From Alphaproteobacteria bacterium (GTDB lineage Bacteria; Pseudomonadota; Alphaproteobacteria; SHVZ01): a stretch of 64,000 nt of DNA. The stretch spans positions 5,872 through 69,871 of the forward strand of contig SHVZ01000007.1 of the NCBI GenBank assembly GCA_009694025.1. The letters are read 5' to 3'. Positions 1 to 9,117 of this stretch are shown here, piece by piece. A program made the position numbers and the translations under genes. The notes beneath the pieces are model-generated. The model saw only the letters and a program-made list of their open reading frames with translations, was not told where the DNA came from and made no database searches. Every line of letters starts with the position of its first letter. Position 1 is the first letter of the stretch.

Positions 1-1
1 G

Positions 2-1351
2 AGGAAATACCACACCGACCTGCCGGACTACGCGACGCCGGTGAAGGTCTCGCACGTGATGACCAATGTCAGCGGGCTCCGCGAATTCCTCGACATGATC
101 TCGCTCAGCGGCGCCGATGCCCGCGCACCGATCTCCGCCGCCGAGATCTCGAAGCTGATGCGCGGCCAAAGCGAGCTGAACTTCACCCCGGGCGAACGGC
201 TGATGTACTGCAACACCGGCTTCCGCCTGCTCTCGGAGATCGTCGAGAAGATCGCCGGCGAGGACATCGCCGAGGTCATGCGCAAGCGCATCTTCGAGCC
301 GCTGGGCATGGCGAACTCGCGCCTGATGCGCCTCGACGACGAGGTCGTGCCCGGGCTGGCCACCCACCATCTGCAGCAGCCCGACGGCAGCTACAAGAAA
401 GGCCGATGGGGCGTCCCCATCGGCGGCGAGGGCGGCTGCGTTTCGACCCTCGACGACATGCTCGCTTGGGCCGCTAACATGGCGGCGGAGAGGCCGAAGG
501 TCGGCACCGCGGAGATCTTCAAGGCCATGGCGACGCCGCCGAAGTTCAACAGCGGCCGCATCAGCATCTATGCCCATGGCCTGCAATCTGCACCCTATCG
601 CGGCGTGCACGGCATCGGCCACGGCGGCGGCGTGCCCGGCGGCCGTTCCGGCACCTATCAGTTCCCCGAGCACAAGCTGGCCGTTTGCGTTCTTGGCAAT
701 CTCGACAACATCAGTCCCTACCCGCTCTCCCGGAAGATCGCCGACATCGTCCTCGGCGATAAGCTCCAAGCCTTGCCACCTGCGCCCAAGGCGGCAGAAC
801 TCGAAAAGCTGGCCGGTCTCTATTGGGACGAAGCACGCAGCGAGCCGATGGAGCTGGTGGTGGAGAACGGCGAGCTGATCTCGCGGCTCGGCCACAAGAC
901 GCCGCTCTGGCAGCTTTCGCCAGGGACCTTCGTGCCGATGAGCGGCGTGCACGCGCAGGAGTTCAAACCCTCCGCCGACGGCCGCAAACTCGACGGCACC
1001 GAGTCCGGCAATCCCGTCTCCTTCCGCCGGATCGAGCCCTATACGGCGCCGAAGGCCGATCTCGACCAGGCCCAGGGCAGCTACGCCAATGCCGGCCTGG
1101 AAGCCACCTACACGATCTCCGCCGACGGCGACCGGCCGATCCTGGACATGCAGGGGGCGCTCGGCCGCAAGCGCATGGGCCTGACCCCGATCCTCAAGGA
1201 CGTCTTCGTCGCCTCCGCCCTCGGTCCCCGGGAATGGGGCGGCGACTTCCAGCCGGTGCTGCGCCTCGCCCGCGACGACGGCGGCAGCGTCACCGGCCTC
1301 AACGTCTCGACCGACCGCAACAAGAAGCTGCGCTTCGCCCGCAAGGGCTGA
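2..1351 (+). CDS. serine hydrolase, beta-lactamase / D-aminopeptidase-like family (5' end outside window)
   Basis: Frame is open from nt 2; track ORF 41..1351 only marks the first internal ATG. Class-C-type Y-x-N box (YCNTGF), HGGG box, then a beta-rich C-terminal extension as in D-aminopeptidases. The SxxK nucleophile motif would lie upstream of nt 1. Confidence 0.8.
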   Translation, partial: RKYHTDLPDYATPVKVSHVMTNVSGLREFLDMISLSGADARAPISAAEISKLMRGQSELNFTPGERLMYCNTGFRLLSEIVEKIAGEDIAEVMRKRIFEPLGMANSRLMRLDDEVVPGLATHHLQQPDGSYKKGRWGVPIGGEGGCVSTLDDMLAWAANMAAERPKVGTAEIFKAMATPPKFNSGRISIYAHGLQSAPYRGVHGIGHGGGVPGGRSGTYQFPEHKLAVCVLGNLDNISPYPLSRKIADIVLGDKLQALPPAPKAAELEKLAGLYWDEARSEPMELVVENGELISRLGHKTPLWQLSPGTFVPMSGVHAQEFKPSADGRKLDGTESGNPVSFRRIEPYTAPKADLDQAQGSYANAGLEATYTISADGDRPILDMQGALGRKRMGLTPILKDVFVASALGPREWGGDFQPVLRLARDDGGSVTGLNVSTDRNKKLRFARKG

Positions 1352-1495
1352 CCCACCCTCCAGCCAGCGAAGGGGTGAAGTCATCGGCTCGGCGACTGTC
1401 TCAGCTGCAACACTGGCTCGCCTATCTCTTTGACATTCTTGACTTAGCCGGAGGGCGCCCCGCATCCTCCCGATGGGAACCAAGGGCAGGGTGCG

Positions 1496-2734
1496 ATGGC
1501 GACTGCTGTGCTGTTCAAGAACATGGAGCTGCTGGACCCGCGCTGGGATGGGCCCCGCGGCGGCTATCAGGTCCTCATCGAGGGCGAGACCATCAAGGAG
1601 GTCTCGGACAAGCCGATCAAGGCGGCGAAGGCGCGCACGGTCGACTGCGGCAAGCGGACGCTGATGCCGGGTCTGATCGACTGCCACGTCCATGTGATGC
1701 TGAGCGAGGTCAACATCCGCGCCCTCGAGTCGGTGCCGCTGACGCTGATGACGGCGCGTGCGGCCGACCTCATGCGTGGCATGATCGACCGCGGCTTCAC
1801 TACCGTCCGCGACACCGGCGGCGCCGACTGGGGCCTCAAGACCGCGGTCGATACCGGCCTGCTCCCCGGCCCCCGGCTCTTCATCTCCGGCCGCGCCATC
1901 GGCCCGACCGGCGGCCACAGCGACTCCCGCCGGCGCACCGACATGGGCGCCCGGTGCGGGTGCTGCAATGCGCTGGTCCACGGCATGGCGATCGCCGACG
2001 GCGCCGACGAGGTGCGCAAGACCGTCCGCGAGCAGATGCGCCAGGGCGCCGACCAGATCAAGATCATGTGCTCGGGTGGCGTCGCCTCGCCCTACGATCC
2101 GCTCGACAGCCTGCAGTATTCACCGGGCGAGATCGCCGCGGCGACCGACGAGGCCGCCAATTTCGGACGCTATGTGCTGGCCCATGCCTATACGCCCGAG
2201 GCGATCACCCGTGCGGTCAGCAACGGCGTCAGGACCATCGAGCACGGAAACCTGATCGACGCCAAGGCGGCGAAGCTGCTCGCCTCGAAGGGCGGCTTCA
2301 TGATCGCCAACCTCGTCACCTACTTCGAGATGAAGGAGCGGGCGGCCCAGTTCGGCATGAGCGCCGACATGCTGGCCAAGAACGACATCGTGCTGGACGG
2401 CGCGCTCCGCTCGCTCGAGATCTGCAAACGCGTCGGCGTCGAAGTGGGATTCGGCAGCGATCTCCTGGGGCAACTCCAGACCGAGCAGAGCAAAGAGTTC
2501 ATCCACCGGGCCAAGGTGCTGAAGCCGATCGAGATCATCCGCCAGGCGACGCTGGTCGGCGCCAGGATCCTCCGGCTCGAAGGCAAGATCGGCATCGTCG
2601 AGCCCGGCGCCTACGCCGATTTCATCGTCGTCGACGGCAATCCGCTGAACAAGCTGGAGCTGTTCTTGGACCAAGGCGCTCATCTGCCGGCGATCATGAA
2701 GGCCGGCAGGTTTCACAAGAACGAGCTCGCCTGA
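1496..2734 (+). CDS. amidohydrolase-superfamily metallohydrolase (COG1228-like, prolidase/carboxypeptidase type), copy 1
   Basis: Track ORF 412 aa. Purine-rich AGGGCAGGG before the ATG. Motifs MPGLIDCHVHV (HxH), GPTGGH, KIMCSGG, HAYT, IEHG, GFGSD. Confidence 0.9.
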   Translation: MATAVLFKNMELLDPRWDGPRGGYQVLIEGETIKEVSDKPIKAAKARTVDCGKRTLMPGLIDCHVHVMLSEVNIRALESVPLTLMTARAADLMRGMIDRGFTTVRDTGGADWGLKTAVDTGLLPGPRLFISGRAIGPTGGHSDSRRRTDMGARCGCCNALVHGMAIADGADEVRKTVREQMRQGADQIKIMCSGGVASPYDPLDSLQYSPGEIAAATDEAANFGRYVLAHAYTPEAITRAVSNGVRTIEHGNLIDAKAAKLLASKGGFMIANLVTYFEMKERAAQFGMSADMLAKNDIVLDGALRSLEICKRVGVEVGFGSDLLGQLQTEQSKEFIHRAKVLKPIEIIRQATLVGARILRLEGKIGIVEPGAYADFIVVDGNPLNKLELFLDQGAHLPAIMKAGRFHKNELA

Positions 2735-3984
2735 TGCCCTCCCCCGCTCCCGCCTCCGCCCTCTTCCGCAACCTCAACCTGCTCGATCCGCGCTGGAAGG
2801 AAGCCCGCGGCGGCTATGAAGTCCTGGTCGAGGGCGAGACCATCAAGGAAGTCTCGGACAAGCCGATCAAGGCGGCCAAGGCCCGGATCGTCGACTGCGG
2901 CAAGCGCACGCTGATGCCCGGCCTGATCGACTGCCACGTGCACACCATGCACAGCGAGGTCTATATCAGCCGGCTCGAGGGCATGCCGCTGACGCTGATG
3001 GCGGCGCGCGCGACCGAGCGGCTCCGCGCCTTCATCGACCGCGGCTTCACCACCGTGCGCGACGCCGGCGGCGCCGACTGGGGCATCAAGACGGCGGTAG
3101 AAACCGGCCTGATCAAGGGCCCGCGGATGTTCATCGCCGGACGCTCCATCGGCCCCACGGGAGGCCACAACGACCGCAACCGACGCACAGACTCCAGCCC
3201 GCCCTGCAACTGTTGCAACGCCATGGTCTTTCTCCGCCACCTCGCCGACGGCCCCGACGAGGTCAGGAAAGCGGCGCGCGAGCAGATGCGCCAGGGTGCC
3301 GACCACGTCAAGTTGATGTGCTCGGGCGGCGTCGCCTCGCCCTACGATCCGATCGACTCGCTTCAGTTCACGGTCGAGGAGATCACCGCCGCAGTCGAGG
3401 AGGCGCACGCCTTCGGACGCTATACCCTGGCGCACGCCTATACGCCGGAGGCGATCACGCGCGCGGTGAGCTGCGGCGTCCGCACCATCGAGCACGGCAA
3501 CCTGATCGACGCCGCCTCGGCCAAGCTGATGGCGAAGAAGGGCGCCTATATGGTCGCCAACCTGGTGACCTACTTCGCCATGCGCGAGCGCGCCGCCGAG
3601 TTCGGCATGACCCGTGACATGCTGGACAAGAACGAGCTGGTGATCGACGGCGGCCTCAAGTCGCTCGAGATCTGCAAAAAGGCGGGCGTGTCCGTCGGGT
3701 TCGGCTCGGATCTCCTGGGCCAGCTGCACGTCGAGCAGAGCCGCGAGTTCATCTTCCGCCGCGAGGTCCACACCCCGATCGAGGTGATCCGCCAGGCGAC
3801 CCTCGTCGGCGCCGAGATCGTCCGCATGAAGGGCAAGCTCGGCATCGTCGAACCCGGCGCCTTCGCCGATCTGATCGTGGTCGACGGCGACCCCCTGCAG
3901 AAGCTGGAGCTGTTCCTCGACCAGGGGGCGCACCTGCCGATCGTCATGAAGGGCGGCTCGTTCCACCGAAACCGATTGAACTAG
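2734..3984 (+). CDS. amidohydrolase-superfamily metallohydrolase, copy 2 (tandem paralogue)
   Basis: Last 416 codons of track ORF 823..3984. ATG 2734-2736 shares one nt with the TGA 2732-2734 of copy 1. Same motif set (MPGLIDCHVHT, KLMCSGG, IEHG, GFGSD); roughly 70% aa identity to copy 1 by eye. Confidence 0.88.
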   Translation: MPSPAPASALFRNLNLLDPRWKEARGGYEVLVEGETIKEVSDKPIKAAKARIVDCGKRTLMPGLIDCHVHTMHSEVYISRLEGMPLTLMAARATERLRAFIDRGFTTVRDAGGADWGIKTAVETGLIKGPRMFIAGRSIGPTGGHNDRNRRTDSSPPCNCCNAMVFLRHLADGPDEVRKAAREQMRQGADHVKLMCSGGVASPYDPIDSLQFTVEEITAAVEEAHAFGRYTLAHAYTPEAITRAVSCGVRTIEHGNLIDAASAKLMAKKGAYMVANLVTYFAMRERAAEFGMTRDMLDKNELVIDGGLKSLEICKKAGVSVGFGSDLLGQLHVEQSREFIFRREVHTPIEVIRQATLVGAEIVRMKGKLGIVEPGAFADLIVVDGDPLQKLELFLDQGAHLPIVMKGGSFHRNRLN

Positions 3985-4037
3985 CGTCACACGACCGACA
4001 ACGAACCACTGTCCAACACGATCCCAAGGAGGCAGCC

Positions 4038-5558
4038 ATGGCCAGAGTCTATCGACCTGAGCTCACACGGGCACTTTTCGGAACGGCAGCCGTCCTCGCC
4101 GTGACGCTGACCTCCGGGTCGGCGCTCGCCGCGGGCAAGGATGCCCTGCTGGTGACGATCGCCGGCGACGCCGCTTCGCTCGACCCCCACGTTCAGTGGG
4201 ACACCGACAGCTACACCGTGTACCGCAACATCTTCGACAACCTGGTCACCCGAAACGCCAAGGGTGAGATCGTTCCGCAGATCGGCAAGAGCTGGAAGTA
4301 CCTTAACGACAACGAGATCGAGTTCGAGCTTGTCGATGGCATCAAGTTCCACGACGGAACCCCGCTGACCGCCCAGGACGTCGTCTTCAGCGTTCAGCGG
4401 ATCACCAACCCGGCCTTCAAGAGCCCGCAGCTCAGCCAGTTCAACAGCATCGTCGAGGCCCAGGTCGTCGGCCCGAACAAGATCAGGCTGCGCACATCCT
4501 CGCCCTACCCGGCGCTCATGGCGCAGCTGGTCAAGCTCTCGGTCGTGCCGGAAGCGACGGTGAAGAAGACCGGCGACGTCGAATTCAACCAGAAGCCGGT
4601 CGGCAGCGGCCCCTACAAGCTGGTCAACTGGCAGCGCGGCGTCCGCATCGATCTCGAAGCGGTGCCGGGCTACTGGCGCGGCAAGGCGCCGTTCGAGAAG
4701 GTCGTCTTCCGCGGCGTCTCCGATCCCTCGACCCGCATCGCCGACCTCCGCACCGGCAAGGCCGACGTGATCCGCAACGTCCTGACCGACGATGCCCCGC
4801 TCATCGCCAAGGATCCCAACCTTCAGGTCCTCTCGGTGCCGACCGAGCGGATTGGCTACATGTTCCTCAACGCGCTTCACGGGCCCACGGCCGACGTGCG
4901 CGTCCGCCGCGCCATCGCCCATGCGGTCGACCGCAAGGGGATCATCGACGCGCTTCTCGGCGGCTACGGCAAGATGGTCAACATCGTGCTAACTCCGGCG
5001 AACTTCGGCTACATCGACGGCTTCCAGGGCTATCCCTTCGATCCGGCGAAGGCGAAGGCCCTGATCAAGGAGGCCGGCGCCGACGGCGCGCAGCTCACCT
5101 TCATCACCTCGCCGGTCTACGACCAGCGCGTGGTCCAGGCGATCCAGCAGATGCTGGGCGAGGTCGGGCTCAAGGTGAACATCGCCACCAGCGACCAGCC
5201 CACCTTTCTGAAGCGCCGCCAGGGCAATCCGGCAGAGGCCGGCAATCTCTCGACCGGCAACTGGTCCTGCGCCTGCCAGGATGCCGACGGGGTGATCTAT
5301 CCGCTGTTCCAGAGCGAGAGCATCTGGTCGAAGTACAAGGACAAGGACTTCGATGCCGCGGTCGAAGCCGCGCGCACGACCCTCGACGAGAAGAAGCGCA
5401 TGGACGCCTATCGCAAGGCCTTCGAGCTGCTCGAGCGCGACGTGCCGGGCATCGGGCTGTTCCAGGGCGTCGCCATCTATGCCGCCCGCAAGGAGCTGCA
5501 GTGGGCGCCGACGCCGAACGAGGCGTTCTTCGTCTTCGACATGAAGTGGAACGGCTGA
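4038..5558 (+). CDS. ABC transporter substrate-binding protein, family 5 (DppA/OppA type)
   Basis: SD AAGGAGG 6 nt before the ATG; signal peptide ending SALAAG. Family hallmarks SLDP, KFHDGTPLTAQDVVFS, GSGPYKL, and a canonical C-terminal block. Confidence 0.92.
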   Translation: MARVYRPELTRALFGTAAVLAVTLTSGSALAAGKDALLVTIAGDAASLDPHVQWDTDSYTVYRNIFDNLVTRNAKGEIVPQIGKSWKYLNDNEIEFELVDGIKFHDGTPLTAQDVVFSVQRITNPAFKSPQLSQFNSIVEAQVVGPNKIRLRTSSPYPALMAQLVKLSVVPEATVKKTGDVEFNQKPVGSGPYKLVNWQRGVRIDLEAVPGYWRGKAPFEKVVFRGVSDPSTRIADLRTGKADVIRNVLTDDAPLIAKDPNLQVLSVPTERIGYMFLNALHGPTADVRVRRAIAHAVDRKGIIDALLGGYGKMVNIVLTPANFGYIDGFQGYPFDPAKAKALIKEAGADGAQLTFITSPVYDQRVVQAIQQMLGEVGLKVNIATSDQPTFLKRRQGNPAEAGNLSTGNWSCACQDADGVIYPLFQSESIWSKYKDKDFDAAVEAARTTLDEKKRMDAYRKAFELLERDVPGIGLFQGVAIYAARKELQWAPTPNEAFFVFDMKWNG

Positions 5559-5574
5559 CCGCCTGACAGGATCT

Positions 5575-5610
5575 CCGGGGCCGGCGGAGGGTCTCCGCCG
5601 CCGGCCCCGG
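5575..5610 (+). promoter_or_regulatory. GC-rich intercistronic stem-loop between SBP and permease genes
   Basis: ccggggccggcggag / ggt / ctccgcc(gcc)ggccccgg: 5 bp + 3-nt bulge + 10 bp stem with a 3-nt loop. No U-tract follows, so it is more likely an mRNA-stabilising or partial-attenuation element than a full terminator. Confidence 0.45.
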
Positions 5611-5620
5611 CGTCCGATTG

Positions 5621-6550
5621 ATGACCGGCTTTCTCCTCAACCGCGCCGCACAGTCCATCGTCTCGTTCTGGGGTGCGATCAGCATCGTCTTCGTCATCAT
5701 GCACCTCTCCGGCGACCCGACGCTGCTCCTGGTGCCGGAGGGCGCGACGCGCGCCGACATCGAGCAGCTCCGCCACCTGCTCGGATTCGACCGGCCGCTG
5801 ATCGTCCAGTACGCCGATTATCTCTTCCAACTGCTGCGCTTCGATTTCGGCGCCTCGCTGATCCAGCGCGTGCCGGTGATGGATATCATCCTGTCGCGCC
5901 TGCCCTACACCCTCTGGCTCGGCGGTTGCGCCCTCGCCCTCGCCCTCCTGATCGGCATTCCGGTCGGCGTCCTGACCGGCCTCTTCCGCGGCAGGCTGGT
6001 CGATCGCATCTGCATGCCGATCGTGCTGATCGGCCAGAGCATGCCGACCTTCTGGAGCGGCATCCTGCTGATCCTGCTGTTTGCAGTCGAGCTCCGCTGG
6101 CTACCCTCCTCCGGCGCCGAGAGCTCGGTTTCCGTCATCATGCCGGCGGTCGCGCTCGGCGCGCTTTCGATGGCGACCTACGCGCGGATCGCGCGCACCG
6201 GTGTGATCGAGGAGCTGTCCAAGGAGTATGTCCGCGCGGTCCGGGCCAAGGGCGTCTCCGGCATCCAGGTCGTCCTGTCGCACGTTCTCCGCAACGCCTC
6301 GATCCCGATCATCACGGTCTCGGCGCTCGAGATCGCCAACCTGTTGGCCGGCGCAGTGATCGTCGAGACGGTCTTCGCCTGGCCCGGGCTCGGCCAGCTC
6401 GCGGTCCAGTCCATCGCGTCGCGCGACTTCCTGGTGGTGCAGGGGCTGGTGGTCCTCGGCGCCTTCACCCATATCGGCCTCAATTTCGTCGCCGACCTGC
6501 TCTACGGCGTCGTCGATCCCCGCATCAGCCTGAGCCGGCGGGATACATGA
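5621..6550 (+). CDS. ABC transporter permease (DppB/OppB type)
   Basis: Track ORF starts at TTG 5618; the adjacent ATG 5621 is preferred. Multi-TM protein with the EAA-loop box KEYVRAVRAKG. Confidence 0.9.
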   Translation: MTGFLLNRAAQSIVSFWGAISIVFVIMHLSGDPTLLLVPEGATRADIEQLRHLLGFDRPLIVQYADYLFQLLRFDFGASLIQRVPVMDIILSRLPYTLWLGGCALALALLIGIPVGVLTGLFRGRLVDRICMPIVLIGQSMPTFWSGILLILLFAVELRWLPSSGAESSVSVIMPAVALGALSMATYARIARTGVIEELSKEYVRAVRAKGVSGIQVVLSHVLRNASIPIITVSALEIANLLAGAVIVETVFAWPGLGQLAVQSIASRDFLVVQGLVVLGAFTHIGLNFVADLLYGVVDPRISLSRRDT

Positions 6551-7416
6551 CGTCGCTTGCAGGCCCGACACGACGCCTCCCCTTTGGGCTCTCGCCGATT
6601 GCGGCCATCGCCGCCTTCGTCCTCCTGGTGTTCGTGGTGATGGCGCTGCTGGCGCCGTGGCTCTCCCCCTTCGACCCGGCGCGTCAGACGCTGTTGGCAC
6701 GCCTGAAGCCGCCGGGCTTCACCACGGTGTCGGGCGCCGTCTACTGGCTCGGCACCGACGAGGTCGGCCGCGATCTTCTCTCCCGCGTCATCTATGGCGC
6801 CCGCATCTCGCTGCTGGTCGCCGTCCTCTCCGTCGCCGTCTCCGGGACCCTCGGCACCTGCCTCGGCATGATCGCCGGCACCTACCGCGGCTGGGTCGAG
6901 ATCGTGATCATGCGGCTGGTCGACATCGTGCTGTCGATCCCGGCGATCCTGCTCGCCATCGTCACCGTCGCCGTGCTCGGCCCCGGCCTTCTCAATCTGG
7001 TGCTGGTCCTCGGGCTCACCCGCTGGCCCCGCTACACCCGCGTCGCCTACGGCCAGACCCTGTCAGTCGCCAACCTGACCTACGTCACCGCCGCCCGGAT
7101 CTCCGGCGTGCGTGGACCCCGCCTGCTGCTCCGCCACATGCTGCCGAACATCCTGGCGCCGATGATCGTGGTGGCGACCCTGGAATTCGGCCTGATGGTG
7201 CTGTTCGAGGCCGGCCTCTCCTTCCTCGGACTCGGCATCCAGCCGCCGACGCCGAGCTGGGGCTCGATCCTGGCGGTCGGGCGCAACTACGTCGGCCAAG
7301 CCTGGTGGATCGCGACGCTGCCGGGCTTCTGCCTGTTCGGTCTGGTGCTGTCGATCAACCTGCTCGGCGACTTCCTCCGCGATCGTTTCGATCCGCGCTC
7401 CCAGACCAGCTCCTGA
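6547..7416 (+). CDS. ABC transporter permease (DppC/OppC type)
   Basis: Last 289 codons of track ORF 5926..7416. ATG 6547 overlaps TGA 6548-6550 (ATGA). N-terminal LLAPWLSPFDP and GTDEVGRDLLSRVIYGARISL boxes typical of DppC. Confidence 0.9.
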   Translation: MTSLAGPTRRLPFGLSPIAAIAAFVLLVFVVMALLAPWLSPFDPARQTLLARLKPPGFTTVSGAVYWLGTDEVGRDLLSRVIYGARISLLVAVLSVAVSGTLGTCLGMIAGTYRGWVEIVIMRLVDIVLSIPAILLAIVTVAVLGPGLLNLVLVLGLTRWPRYTRVAYGQTLSVANLTYVTAARISGVRGPRLLLRHMLPNILAPMIVVATLEFGLMVLFEAGLSFLGLGIQPPTPSWGSILAVGRNYVGQAWWIATLPGFCLFGLVLSINLLGDFLRDRFDPRSQTSS

Positions 7417-7437
7417 CGCCCTGAGAGGACACAGACG

Positions 7438-8223
7438 ATGCGTTTCGACTTCAAGGACAAGAAGGTTGTGATCACTGGCGCCGCCGGCGTCATCGGCCGG
7501 CGTATCGCGGCCGACTTCGCCGCCGCCGGAGCGCTCCTCTGTCTCTCCGACAACCGGGCGAAGAAGCTGGCGGCGCTGCCGAGGGAGCTCGGCCTGAAAA
7601 AGGGCCGCTACCTGACCCACGCGACCGAGCTGACGGACGCCAAGTCGATCGAGACGCTGGTGCGCCAGGTGGCCAAAGCCTGGAGGTCTCCGGACATCGT
7701 CGTCAATAACGCCGGCATCTATCCGCGCATGGGTTCGCTCCTCAAGATCACGACCGAGGCCTACGACCAGCTGATGGACGTGAACCTCCGGGCGCCATTC
7801 CTGGTTTCCCGCGATTTCGCCAATCTGATGGCGGCAAACAAGGTCAAAGGCACGATCATCAACATCTCCTCCGGCGCATCCCGCCGCATGGGGATGGGCT
7901 CGGTCCCCTATTGCACGTCGAAGACCGCGATCGACCGCCTGACCAAGGGCTTCGCCCTCGAGCTCGCCCCGCTCGGCATCCGCGTCAACGCGGTCGAGCC
8001 GGGCTTCGCCGCCGGCAGCGAAGTGAGCCTGCTCTCCGCCGAATACGTAAAAGCGATGATGGCGCGCATCCCCATGGGCCGCGCCTCGGGTCCGCATGAC
8101 GCTCCGAACGCAATTCTCTTCCTCTGCTCGGAAGCGGCGAGCTTCATCACCGGCGCTACGCTCGCCGTCGACGGCGGCAACTCCATCGGCACGTTCAACC
8201 CGGATTTCTACAAGAAGCGCTGA
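7438..8223 (+). CDS. SDR-family oxidoreductase
   Basis: SD GAGAGGA upstream. TGAAGVIGRRIA Rossmann box, NNAG, catalytic YCTSK (YxxxK). Confidence 0.9.
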   Translation: MRFDFKDKKVVITGAAGVIGRRIAADFAAAGALLCLSDNRAKKLAALPRELGLKKGRYLTHATELTDAKSIETLVRQVAKAWRSPDIVVNNAGIYPRMGSLLKITTEAYDQLMDVNLRAPFLVSRDFANLMAANKVKGTIINISSGASRRMGMGSVPYCTSKTAIDRLTKGFALELAPLGIRVNAVEPGFAAGSEVSLLSAEYVKAMMARIPMGRASGPHDAPNAILFLCSEAASFITGATLAVDGGNSIGTFNPDFYKKR

Positions 8224-8237
8224 GCAGGACCGATCCC

Positions 8238-9113
8238 ATGTTCAAGTTCGCCGCTCCCTACGAATGGCCGAAGGGCTACACCTCGGCTGCGGTGTTCTCC
8301 GCCGACGTCGACGGCGAGAGCCCTTACATCTGGCGCAACCGCGGCCAGAAGGTCGAGAAGCTGAGCGAGATCGAGCAGCGACGGTTCGGGCCGCGCGTCG
8401 GGCTCTCACGCATCCTCGGTCTCTGCGACGAGTTCGGCATCAAGGGCAGCTTCTACGTGCCGGCCTGGATCGCCAAGACCTACCCGGAGATCCTGCCGGC
8501 GATCGTCAAGGGTGGTCACGAGGCCGCCGCCCACGGCTATTTCCACGAACGGGTGGACGAGCTCGGCGAGGCCGAGAACGACCTGATCCTCGACCGTTCG
8601 ATCAAGGTGTTCAAATCGCAGCTCGGCAAGGGGCCGGTCGGTTACCGCTCGCCCTCCTGGGAGCTGACGCCGGCGGTGCATCGCTGCCTCAGAAAGCGCC
8701 GCTTCCTCTACGACAGCTCGCTCATGGGCATGGACCATCCGTACACGCTGGACGGTCTCGCCGAGATCCCCGTGCAGTGGTTCGTCGACGACGCGCCCTA
8801 TTTCCGCTACGTCGGCGGCCCCACCGACAAGACGCCGCCGGCCAACCCGCTCTCGGTGCTCGAAGCCTGGACCGAGGAGTTCGAGGCGACGCGCGAGTAC
8901 GGCACACTGTTCATGATCACCATCCACCCGTGGATCTCCGGCCGTGGCCAGAGAATCCGAATGCTCCGGCGGCTGCTCGATCGCGTCTGCAAGACCCGCG
9001 GCGTCTGGGTGACGACGGCCGAGGAGGTCGCCCGGCACCACCAGAAGTCCGTCAACGCGAAGAAGTTCGCGATGAAGCTCAAGCTCGTCTCGACCGACGT
9101 CGGCCTGACCTAG
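8238..9113 (+). CDS. polysaccharide deacetylase / NodB-homology (PuuE-like) hydrolase
   Basis: Motifs FSADVDGES (D-D), HGYFHE (HxxxH), RSPSWE, and ITIHPWISGR typical of the PuuE-like subgroup. Confidence 0.88.
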   Translation: MFKFAAPYEWPKGYTSAAVFSADVDGESPYIWRNRGQKVEKLSEIEQRRFGPRVGLSRILGLCDEFGIKGSFYVPAWIAKTYPEILPAIVKGGHEAAAHGYFHERVDELGEAENDLILDRSIKVFKSQLGKGPVGYRSPSWELTPAVHRCLRKRRFLYDSSLMGMDHPYTLDGLAEIPVQWFVDDAPYFRYVGGPTDKTPPANPLSVLEAWTEEFEATREYGTLFMITIHPWISGRGQRIRMLRRLLDRVCKTRGVWVTTAEEVARHHQKSVNAKKFAMKLKLVSTDVGLT

Positions 9114-9117
9114 GGCC

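Noticed and set aside
1430-1444. Two adjacent -35-like boxes (TTGACA, TTGACT) upstream of the first amidohydrolase gene
   Set aside because: No acceptable -10 element at 16-19 nt from either box.
823-2733. First ~637 codons of the 1053-aa track ORF 823..3984
   Set aside because: The translation is Arg/Pro/Gly/Ala-rich low-complexity sequence lying out of frame over two genuine genes (2..1351 and 1496..2734). This is a typical high-GC open-frame artefact. Only the last 416 codons (from ATG 2734) are protein-like.
2713-3990. 425-aa minus-strand ORF antisense to the second amidohydrolase
   Set aside because: Shadow ORF. It has no recognisable motifs and a skewed D/G/A/R/L composition, and it is fully antisense to a gene with clear family motifs.
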